Shown here piece by piece: positions 1-9,175 of a stretch of 64,000 nucleotides of DNA. The stretch is from positions 1,344,001-1,408,000 of the forward strand of contig OY970399.1 of NCBI GenBank assembly GCA_963720545.1, read 5' to 3'. The position numbers and the translations under genes are program-made. The notes under the pieces were generated by a model that did not search any database, was not told the DNA's origin, and worked only from the letters and a program-made list of their open reading frames with translations. This stretch comes from an uncultured Acidobacteriota bacterium. GTDB taxonomy: Bacteria > Acidobacteriota > Vicinamibacteria > Fen-336. The stretch's first letter is position 1. Each line of letters begins with the position of its first letter.

Positions 1-594
1 CAGACGCTCCTTCTCGATGCGGTTGCGGTTCGCCAGCTCCTCGGCGGCGCTGCGCGACACTTTGAGGGTGATTTCCGGGACCAGGCCCTGCTGCGCCAAT
101 TCGGAGTCGGCGTCGGCGCGCAGCTTGGCCTGCGTGAACTCAGCTTCCACCCGGGCCGCCGTTGCGGTCTGGTCGAGCCGGCCGCTCTCGAGGCGTACCT
201 TGAGCTCGGTGAGCTGCGCCTGCGCCGCGCGCAGCTGCTGGTCGGCGTCCTGCGCCGCGAGGTCGGCCTCGGGGTTCGTGAGCTCGAGGATCACCGAATC
301 GGCCTTCACCATGGTGCCGGGCTCGATCAGCCGGCGCTCGACCCGGCCGTTCGTCTGCGCCGCGATCCAGCGGATGTCCACGGGCACCAGGGTGCCGAGG
401 CCGCGTACCTGGAGCAGCAGGTCGCCGCGCTTCACCGAGTCGACGAGCACGGTGGCGCGTTCCACCGATGGCGCCGCCGGCTTGAGCCGGGAGAGTCCCA
501 GGGTCACGAGGAGGACGGCGGCTGCCGCCAGCACTCCGTTCCTTATCCTCTTCTTCTTGCGTTTTTCGGCGAGGTCAGGCCTTTGGATGTCCAT
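1..594 (-). CDS. Efflux RND transporter periplasmic adaptor subunit (HlyD family); runs off the left window edge
   Basis: Manual translation from ATG at 594: MDIQRPDLAEKRKKKRIRNGVLAAAAVLLVTLGLSRLKPAAPSVERATVLVDSVKRGDLLLQVRGLGTLVP..., a basic N-terminus, one TM helix and the typical adaptor 'VRGxGTLVP' start. Not in the ORF track because no stop falls in the window. Confidence 0.85.
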   Translation of the reverse strand, partial: MDIQRPDLAEKRKKKRIRNGVLAAAAVLLVTLGLSRLKPAAPSVERATVLVDSVKRGDLLLQVRGLGTLVPVDIRWIAAQTNGRVERRLIEPGTMVKADSVILELTNPEADLAAQDADQQLRAAQAQLTELKVRLESGRLDQTATAARVEAEFTQAKLRADADSELAQQGLVPEITLKVSRSAAEELANRNRIEKERL

Positions 595-613
595 ATCAGT
601 TGTCCCGTATAGA

Positions 614-630
614 ACCAAGCCCCGTGCCAG
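614..630 (-). promoter_or_regulatory. Sigma54-type -24/-12 promoter candidate for the RND adaptor gene
   Basis: Minus strand reads CTGGCACGGGGCTTGGT versus consensus TGGCAC-N5-TTGCW (GG instead of GC at -12); lies 20 bp upstream of the ATG. Confidence 0.5.
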
Positions 631-705
631 CGACCGATTTCGCGGCGAACTCGTCCCGCATCACGGGCTTAGGACGCTCGCCGCCGGGAAAAGGGTGCAT
701 TCGAC

Positions 706-723
706 CTGTCCGGGATCGGACAG
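706..723. promoter_or_regulatory. Palindromic operator/UAS CTGTCCG-N4-CGGACAG
   Basis: Perfect 7-bp inverted repeat about 80-90 bp upstream of the sigma54-like site; a degenerate second copy follows at about 727-741. Confidence 0.5.
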
Positions 724-777
724 ACCTGTTCAGAACCGAAATGGCGGCGGCCGTTCTCAGGCCGCGACTAAAAAACG

Positions 778-806
778 TTGCACGCTCCGAAAAACGACTT
801 TACGAT
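778..806 (+). promoter_or_regulatory. Sigma70-type promoter for the 954-4245 operon
   Basis: TTGCAC-17 bp-TACGAT. Confidence 0.5.
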
Positions 807-953
807 GCACACAACCTCGAGAAGGCGACGCGCACAACCGGCAGCGACCCTCCCTCCGCAGCCGGTCCGCAGCACCAAACATGACAGTTCCCCCGCAGTG
901 ACCAGTCCGGCCCGCTACGCAACACCGTGAACCGTGAACGACGAGGAGGTTCG

Positions 954-1538
954 ATGAGAGCAAGACCCATTTTGATCGGCCTGGCGATGGCGGCATTCGC
1001 CGCGACAGCCATCCCTGCCGAGGCGACGATGCTGAAGCAGATGAACCTGGCGGATCTATCGAAGAGCGCCGACCGGATCTTCCGTGGCACGGTCACGGGA
1101 ATCGACACCAGCACCGTTCGGGCGGGCGGCGGCACGCTCCCCGTCGTCATCTACCGCTTCAAGGTGCGCGAAGCGCTGAAGGGCGAGTTCATCCGCAAGG
1201 GCGAGCAGTCGTACGCCGAAGTGCGGATGATCGGCACCATCAAGAACGAGAAGCAGGCCGGAAAAGTGCAGCACGTGTCGCTGTTCCGCGACGTGCCGCG
1301 CCTCAGCATGGGCGGCGAGTACCTGATGTTCGCGACCCGGGCCAGTGCCGTCGGCCTCTCGACCTCGGTCGGGCTCGGCCAGGGCCTGTTCCAGATCCAT
1401 GGCGTCGCCGGCAAGGAAACGGCCGTCAACTCATTCAACAACGCTGGACTCTTCTACCGGATGCCGAGCGAGGGAATGGGCCTGGGCCCGATCCCTTATA
1501 CGAAGCTCGCCGGGAAGATCCGGACTTTGGCGCGCTAG
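954..1538 (+). CDS. Secreted hypothetical protein resembling the N-terminal domain of acidobacterial matrixin proteases
   Basis: RBS AGGAGG before ATG954; signal peptide ending in AEA; 'LADLSKSADRIFRGTV...F.V.EALKG' pattern; 13 bp upstream of the protease gene. Confidence 0.7.
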   Translation: MRARPILIGLAMAAFAATAIPAEATMLKQMNLADLSKSADRIFRGTVTGIDTSTVRAGGGTLPVVIYRFKVREALKGEFIRKGEQSYAEVRMIGTIKNEKQAGKVQHVSLFRDVPRLSMGGEYLMFATRASAVGLSTSVGLGQGLFQIHGVAGKETAVNSFNNAGLFYRMPSEGMGLGPIPYTKLAGKIRTLAR

Positions 1539-1551
1539 GAGACAACCAGAA

Positions 1552-4245
1552 ATGAACTCCAGAATTCGCGCCTTTTCGCTGACGATCCTCGGGGCCTTCG
1601 CCCTTTCGGCCATGGTTACAGCACCGGCTTCGGCGGGCGGACCCATCGGCACCTGCGCCAGCGGCGTCCCCCAGAAGTGGGCAAACGGCGGCGTCGGCAT
1701 TCCCTTCAACCCCGATCAGGGCAACCTCGGGCCCAGCGACCACGCGACGGCGGTCGGCCAGCTGCAGGCGGCGTTCGACGTCTGGGGCGCCGTGCCCACG
1801 GCGACCGCGACCTACGTCAACGCCGGCGAGCTGCCCGTCGACGTCACGGTCGACAACTTCAATCCCTGGCTCAACCCGACGGCGCCCGACGGGCTGTCCG
1901 CCATCGTCTTCGACGACGACGGCCAGATCTTCGACCTGCTCTTCGGCCCCGGCTCCGGCATCCTCGGCTTCGCCGGCCCCGAGTGGGTGGACACCTCGAC
2001 GTGTACCGTCACCGAAGGCGTCTCGTTCCTGAACGGCCCGTCGTTCGACAACGTGCAGGCCGCGAAGGACGTCATGGTCCACGAGTTTGGTCACTACTCC
2101 GGCCTCGCGCACACCGTCGTCAACGGCCAGAACCTGGCCTTCGCCGATCCCACCGGCCCCGCCCCCGGCCCGGGCGCGGGCGACGCGCCGCTGACCGACA
2201 TCGAGACGATGTATCCCTTCTACTTCGGTCCGGGCTCGGGCTTCGACAGCGTCGCGAAGGACGACGAGTCGAGCCTTTCGGCGCTCTATCCCGAACCCTC
2301 GTTCGCGGCCACCACCGGCTCCATCGCCGGTACCGTGTACGCGCCGAACGGCACCACTCCGCTCACGGGCATCAACGTGATCGCCCGCAACCCGGCCAAT
2401 CCGTTCGTCGATGCGGTCTCGGCGCTCTCGGGCGACTACTCGTTCACCGCCGCGTCCGACGATCCCGCCGCCGGCAAGTACACGCTGCGCGGCCTGACAC
2501 CCGGCGCCAGCTACCTCGTCTACATCGACGGCATCCTGGCCGGCGGCTTCAGCACGACGCCGCGCTCGCTGCCCGGGCCCGAGGAGTACTACAACGGTGC
2601 CGCCGAAAGCGCCAGCAGCGCCACCGACGACCCGCAGGCCTCGACCGCCGTGGCCTCGGTCGCGGGTGTGCCGACGTCCGGCATCAACATCATCTCCAAC
2701 GCCTTCGCGCCCGGCCCCGTGCCGTTGGGCGACGACGCGTTCGTGGAGATCTTCCCGAAGAACAGGATCAACTTCTGCGGCATCGAGTTCGATTCGTTCT
2801 TCATCAACTCGAACGGCAGCGTCAGCTTCGGCGGCGGCGACGGCGGCTTCTTCGCCACCGACCAGGACTTCCTGATCGGTCCGCCGCGCGTGGCACCCTA
2901 CTGGACCGACCTCGTCCCCAACCTGGGCGGGACCGTCTCCTGGGGCCAGACCGCGAACGCAGTCACCGTTTCCTGGGACGGCGTGCCGTCGTTCGGCGGC
3001 GCCACGGGCACCGGTTCCAACACGTTCAGCGTGAAGCTGACCTCGGCCGGCCGCACGCCGGTTTCCCGCTTCACCAACAGCTACGGCGCCGTTTCCGCGC
3101 TCGACGGCATCGCCGGCTTCAGCTGCGGCGGGCGCTACACCTCCGGTTACGAGAAGACCACCGACATCGGCGCAACCTCGACCATCAACGCCAGGACCAA
3201 GTCGGCGCTTTGGGAGAAGTTCGCCGAGGGCGGCAATGCCTTCGACCTCGCGAACACGTCGCAGACCTACAACGGGCCCGGCGAGCCGCTGCGCGACGTG
3301 CTCGAGAACGGCAACAACATCGCGCAGAACGCGTATCCGATCTACCTGCCGTTCAACACGGTCGACCTGCAGACGCAGATCAGCCCGCTCGGCAACGACG
3401 TCGACTTCTACTGGTTCAACGCCAAGGCCGGCGACATCGTGGTCGCCGAACTGCTTCCCGGCAGCCCCAACACCGATTTGTACATGGGGCTCATCGTGAA
3501 GTCCGGCGGCAACTTCCAGATCCTCGCCACCTCCGATGACGAAGGCGCCGGGCTGCTGCCGCGGATGGCCTTCCAGATCGCGCAGGACGGCAAGTACTAC
3601 ATCGGCGTCACCGCCTTCGGCGACACCGGCTTCACCGGCGCCGGCACCGACTTCGGCCGCTACAACCTGAGCGTTGTCGGTTACCGCGGCAACCTGGTCT
3701 CGCTCGGCGACGACGACGCGCAGCGGCAGCCCTTCGGCTTCCGCTTCCCGTTCAACGGCGAAACCTACCCCGCTGCCTGGATCAACAGCAACGGCAACTT
3801 CACGTTCACCGGCGGCGATCGCGACTTCAGCGAGAGCGTCAGTGAATTCCTCGCCGGCCTGCCGCGGGTCGCACCGCTGTGGGACGACCTGTCGCCGCAG
3901 TTCGGCCTCGTCATCGCCGAACCCGCGACCGACAAGATGATCATCCACTTCGCGAGCGTGCCCGGGTTCTTCGACGACCGCCCGAACTCGTTCTCGACGG
4001 AGTTCAACAAGAACGGGCGCATCCGCGTCGGCTGGCAGGGTTCGTCCCGGCTCGGCGGCCTCGTCGGCGTCACCGCCGGCAACGGCGCTGCCGATCCCGG
4101 TCCGAGCGACCTCAGCACCATGGGCAGCTGGCCGGTGAACGGAACCACCTACCAGCTGTTCACGGGCGGCGTCATTCCGTTCTTCGTAGGCGCCGACTAC
4201 TCCGACTTCGACCTCTACTTCCGGACCCTGCTCTTCCGGCCGTAG
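1552..4245 (+). CDS. Secreted metzincin (matrixin/M10-like) metalloprotease with carboxypeptidase-regulatory-like, duplicated NIDO-like and PPC domains
   Basis: Signal peptide MNSRIRAFSL...ASA; HEFGHYSGLAH (HExxHxxGxxH); Met-turn ETMYP; PPC-like 'DVDFYWFNAKAGD'; two LGDD...INSNG...PRVAP.W.DL repeats. Confidence 0.85.
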   Translation: MNSRIRAFSLTILGAFALSAMVTAPASAGGPIGTCASGVPQKWANGGVGIPFNPDQGNLGPSDHATAVGQLQAAFDVWGAVPTATATYVNAGELPVDVTVDNFNPWLNPTAPDGLSAIVFDDDGQIFDLLFGPGSGILGFAGPEWVDTSTCTVTEGVSFLNGPSFDNVQAAKDVMVHEFGHYSGLAHTVVNGQNLAFADPTGPAPGPGAGDAPLTDIETMYPFYFGPGSGFDSVAKDDESSLSALYPEPSFAATTGSIAGTVYAPNGTTPLTGINVIARNPANPFVDAVSALSGDYSFTAASDDPAAGKYTLRGLTPGASYLVYIDGILAGGFSTTPRSLPGPEEYYNGAAESASSATDDPQASTAVASVAGVPTSGINIISNAFAPGPVPLGDDAFVEIFPKNRINFCGIEFDSFFINSNGSVSFGGGDGGFFATDQDFLIGPPRVAPYWTDLVPNLGGTVSWGQTANAVTVSWDGVPSFGGATGTGSNTFSVKLTSAGRTPVSRFTNSYGAVSALDGIAGFSCGGRYTSGYEKTTDIGATSTINARTKSALWEKFAEGGNAFDLANTSQTYNGPGEPLRDVLENGNNIAQNAYPIYLPFNTVDLQTQISPLGNDVDFYWFNAKAGDIVVAELLPGSPNTDLYMGLIVKSGGNFQILATSDDEGAGLLPRMAFQIAQDGKYYIGVTAFGDTGFTGAGTDFGRYNLSVVGYRGNLVSLGDDDAQRQPFGFRFPFNGETYPAAWINSNGNFTFTGGDRDFSESVSEFLAGLPRVAPLWDDLSPQFGLVIAEPATDKMIIHFASVPGFFDDRPNSFSTEFNKNGRIRVGWQGSSRLGGLVGVTAGNGAADPGPSDLSTMGSWPVNGTTYQLFTGGVIPFFVGADYSDFDLYFRTLLFRP

Positions 4246-4275
4246 CCGCTTCGTAGTCGTCACGCAACGTCGGTG

Positions 4276-4308
4276 AACGCCGTGGCCTGCGGGCCACGGC
4301 GTTTTTTT
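4276..4308 (+). terminator. Rho-independent terminator
   Basis: AACGCCGTGGCC-TGCG-GGCCACGGCGTT followed by a T run. Confidence 0.85.
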
Positions 4309-4340
4309 CATTGCAGCGGAACTGGCAGAATGGGCCGCGC

Positions 4341-5951
4341 TTGACGAGGACCAGGAACACGCTCGCGCCGTGCGCCGTCTGCGGCACGCTCACCCCGATC
4401 ACCGAGCTGCGCGAAGCCGGCTGGGTCGCCCCGCAAACCGAAGAGCGGCTGCGCGAGCTGCGGCCGGGATGGTCGCGGGCGATGGGCGCCTGCGCAGCGT
4501 GCGTACAGAAGGCGCTGCTCTTCACCTTGTTCGGCCGCGGCGATGGCGCGGCCCTGCGCAGCGTGCAGAAGGCGTGGCCGATCGACGCCGAGATCACCTA
4601 CGGACCGCTGCCGACGCCGCTGCGGATGCGCGCCGATCCGCGCTTCACCGGCCGTGCCGTGACCATGGCGATGATCGACGCCGGCTTCTACCCGCACGCC
4701 GAGCTGGTGCGGCCGCGCAACCGCATCAGGGCCTGGGTCGATGCCGGCAGTGCCGAGGTGGCGGCCCACTATTTTTCCGCGAGCCGGCTGCCGCGTTGGC
4801 CAGGGTGGAACGAACGCGCGCCCCACCAGTGGCACGGCATGATGACCACGTGTTCGGCGGCCGGGAGCGGCCTGTTGTCGCACGGCTTCTACCGCGGCAT
4901 CGCTTCGGACGCCGAGCTGGTGCTGATCCAGGCGCGCAGCAGCGACGGGCGCATCGACAACGTCAACATCACGCGCGCCCTCGACTTCGTGCTCGAACAC
5001 CACCGCGCGCTCGACATCGACGTCGTCAACCTGTCGGTGGCCGGCGATCCGCTGCTTCCGGGAGAGCGCGAGACGGTCGACGAGGCGGTCGACGCGCTGG
5101 TGGCGGCCGGGGTCGTGGTGGTGGCAGCCGCCGGCAACAACGGCGAGCGCCGCCTGGTGCAGCCGGCAACGGCGCCGCTGGCGCTGACGATCGGCGGCCT
5201 CGACGACCACAACACCTTCGACCCGCACGACACCGAGGTCTGGCACAGCAACTACGGCGAAACCGGCGCAGGGGCCACCAAGCCGGAGCTGGTCGCGCCC
5301 AGCATCTGGGTGGTGGCGCCAATCCTGCCTGGCACCGGGATCGCCCGCGAAGCGCGTCGCCTGTTCTCCCGGCGCGCGCACGGCCGCGACAAGGCCGAGC
5401 CGCGCATCGCCGAGCTGAAGCTGGTGACGCCGCACTACCAACACGTCGAGGGCACGAGCTTCGCCGCGCCGATCGTGGCGAGCGTCATCGCCTGCATGCT
5501 GGAGGCCAACCCCAAGCTCACGCCGGGCCGCATCCGCGAGCTGCTCGGCAAGGCCGCCCACCTGGTGCCTGGCGCACCGGCCGAGCGCCAGGGCAGAGGC
5601 GCCCTCGATGCCGGGCGCGCGCTGCTGCTGGCACTCGCCGAGCACCACGGCCCCGCTGCTTCCTATGTCACCTCCCCGACCCAGTCGAACGGCGTCCTGT
5701 TGTTCCACCTGCACGACCATCAGGCGAGCGCGGTGCGCCTCGTCGGCAGCTGGAACGACTGGCGGCTGCCGGGCGAGGAAGCGCGGCAGGTCGAGCCCGG
5801 CCTGTGGGAGACGCGGCTCGCCGGCCTGCCGAAGGGCCGCTACGAATACCGCTTCGTGGTGGACGGCTGGCGCGTGATCCTCGATCCCGCGAATCCGATC
5901 CGCCGCGCCGATGGCCTGGGCGGCATGAACAGCGTGTTCGAGCGCGCCTGA
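4341..5951 (+). CDS. S8 (subtilisin-like) serine peptidase with N-terminal CxxC...CxxC and C-terminal CBM48/AMPK-beta-like glycogen-binding domain (start uncertain, TTG 4311 or 4341)
   Basis: Triad motifs IDAG (Asp), WHGMMT (His), GTSFAAP (Ser); oxyanion AAGN; C-terminal 'VRLVGSWNDW...GRYEYRFVVDG...DPANP...DGLGGMNSV'. Confidence 0.85.
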   Translation: MTRTRNTLAPCAVCGTLTPITELREAGWVAPQTEERLRELRPGWSRAMGACAACVQKALLFTLFGRGDGAALRSVQKAWPIDAEITYGPLPTPLRMRADPRFTGRAVTMAMIDAGFYPHAELVRPRNRIRAWVDAGSAEVAAHYFSASRLPRWPGWNERAPHQWHGMMTTCSAAGSGLLSHGFYRGIASDAELVLIQARSSDGRIDNVNITRALDFVLEHHRALDIDVVNLSVAGDPLLPGERETVDEAVDALVAAGVVVVAAAGNNGERRLVQPATAPLALTIGGLDDHNTFDPHDTEVWHSNYGETGAGATKPELVAPSIWVVAPILPGTGIAREARRLFSRRAHGRDKAEPRIAELKLVTPHYQHVEGTSFAAPIVASVIACMLEANPKLTPGRIRELLGKAAHLVPGAPAERQGRGALDAGRALLLALAEHHGPAASYVTSPTQSNGVLLFHLHDHQASAVRLVGSWNDWRLPGEEARQVEPGLWETRLAGLPKGRYEYRFVVDGWRVILDPANPIRRADGLGGMNSVFERA

Positions 5952-5963
5952 CGGCGTTACCGA

Positions 5964-6641
5964 TCAGGCGACGGTCAGCGTGGCCGCGAGCGCGTGGCAA
6001 TGGCTCGAGGTCGCGACGCGGTAGCGCCTTGCGCCCGTGCCGGACGCAACGCGACGCGCCGTCTCCTTGATGAGGTCTACCGGGATCGTGCCCACGCCCC
6101 AGATGAGGTGCAGGCACGGAAACACGATCGCTCCGTCGAACCCCGCGGGGACCGACTCGAGGTCCGCGGCCAGGCTCCAGTCTTTCGCGGCGCCGGTGTG
6201 CGGGCAGAGCGCGGGCTCGATGCAGGTCAGGGGACAGGTCCAGGTCGCGTAGGACAGCGCCGTGTTGCCCGAGGACGTCTGGTGCTCGAAGGGCGTGCCC
6301 ACCGACGGCACCGGCCCGGCGCTTGCGACTTCGCGGCCCGCCTGCCGCAACCGGCGCGACAGCCACTCGACGAGCAGGTGCGGCGCCCAGTGGTACGGGA
6401 CGAGTTGCGAGCCCGCGGGCAGCGCCTCGAGGTTGCGATCGAGCCAGTCGTTCCATTCCACAGCCGAGATCGTCACGCGTTCGTCGGCGAGCGCCTTCGC
6501 CGCGCACGCTGGGTTGCGGTCGACCACCACGATCCGCTCGGTCGCTAGCCGCCCGGCGCGCACGGCGCGCAGCAGCTGGCGGACGTAGTACGCGCCGTCC
6601 ACTCCCCCGCCGATGACCGCGAACGTCGGCACCTCGAGCAC
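5964..6641 (-). CDS. Conserved hypothetical protein: Rossmann-like N-terminus plus Cys/His-rich C-terminus
   Basis: AVIGGGVDG...VVVDR; HWAPH, CPLTCIEPALCPH, CLH, SHCH. GTG6641 lies 7 nt after a TAGCGT -10-like box. Confidence 0.65.
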   Translation of the reverse strand: MLEVPTFAVIGGGVDGAYYVRQLLRAVRAGRLATERIVVVDRNPACAAKALADERVTISAVEWNDWLDRNLEALPAGSQLVPYHWAPHLLVEWLSRRLRQAGREVASAGPVPSVGTPFEHQTSSGNTALSYATWTCPLTCIEPALCPHTGAAKDWSLAADLESVPAGFDGAIVFPCLHLIWGVGTIPVDLIKETARRVASGTGARRYRVATSSHCHALAATLTVA

Positions 6642-6706
6642 TGCCTCAACGCTACCAGTCGCCGCCGCTACAATGGCTGCAGGAAGATGAAGCCGAGGAG
6701 GGCTCG

Positions 6707-8550
<1,844 letters not shown>

Positions 8551-8551
<1 letters not shown>

Positions 8552-8628
8552 TGCGCGCGCGTGCGGCGGCCGCACTCACGGTCGCCGCACCGCTGCTTCT
8601 GATCGGGTGCGCCGGCGCGCCGGTGTAA
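8551..8628 (+). other. 25-codon ORF consisting almost entirely of a lipoprotein signal peptide (gene remnant or micro-lipoprotein)
   Basis: TGATG overlap with the M2 stop; MRARAAAALTVAAPLLLIGC-AGAPV*. Confidence 0.45.
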
Positions 8629-8689
8629 CTCCGTCCGTCGAGCTTTTCGGTGCGCCGCGAGCCGTGCACGTTGGCCATCTTTTTTGGAC

Positions 8690-8807
8690 GTCTAGCAGTC
8701 AAAGTGCTGCTAGACAGCGTGAATGAGACACTCTTGCTGCTGACGCGAGCCCCTGCAGCGGTGGAACTGAGCCTTCGCGCCGTCTAGCAGTTAAAGTGCT
8801 GCTAGAC
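8690..8807. repeat. Two direct copies (8690-8715, 8782-8807) of the 26-bp palindrome GTCTAGCAG-T(C/T)AAAGTG-CTGCTAGAC
   Basis: Directly readable: 25/26 identity, 9-bp perfect arms, 8-bp asymmetric core; copy 2 ends 4 bp before ATG8812. Confidence 0.95.
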
Positions 8808-8811
8808 GACC

Positions 8812-9175
8812 ATGGCGAAGTCCTACGAGGCCCTGAAGGAAGCCCTGCAGCAGCTTGGATACGTCCGTCCAGGCAGCGTGGTTGAGCGCTACATGTCGTG
8901 CGGCAAGCTGTCGTGCATATGCCTGGCGGATCCCGAGGACTATCACGGGCCCTACTACCAGTGGACGATGGCGGACTGGTGGCAAGACCAGGACCGTGCG
9001 GCTCGATGCGGAGCAGGCGCGGCTCTGCGAGGAGTGGGCCGCCAACCACAAGAAACTCAAGGCCATCGTCCGCGAGATGGAGGCGCTGTCGCTCGCCGAG
9101 ACCGATCGACTCCTCAAGGCCGTCCCGCGGCGGAAGGCCGCCCGTCGGCGGAAGGGCGCCGCGCGGCGGTCATGA
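8812..9175 (+). pseudogene. DUF6788-like Cys/His protein interrupted by a +1 frameshift at about 8968
   Basis: Frame 1 gives RPGSVVERYMSCGKLSCICLADPEDYHGPYYQWT; the next frame continues WRTGGKTRTVRLDAEQARLCEEWAANHKKLKAIVREMEALS. Removing one base (A8968) joins them into the family-like pattern. Confidence 0.7.

Noticed and set aside
1435..4311. Very long antisense/alternate-frame ORFs (e.g. 1435-4311, 8898-12152, 20025-22814, 39934-43011, 45927-49052, 57398-60004)
   Set aside because: Shadow ORFs expected in high-GC DNA opposite well-supported genes; no recognisable motifs.
8690..8807. Mini CRISPR array interpretation of the twin palindromes
   Set aside because: Only two copies, a 66-bp intervening sequence, fully terminal inverted arms and no cas genes in the window.
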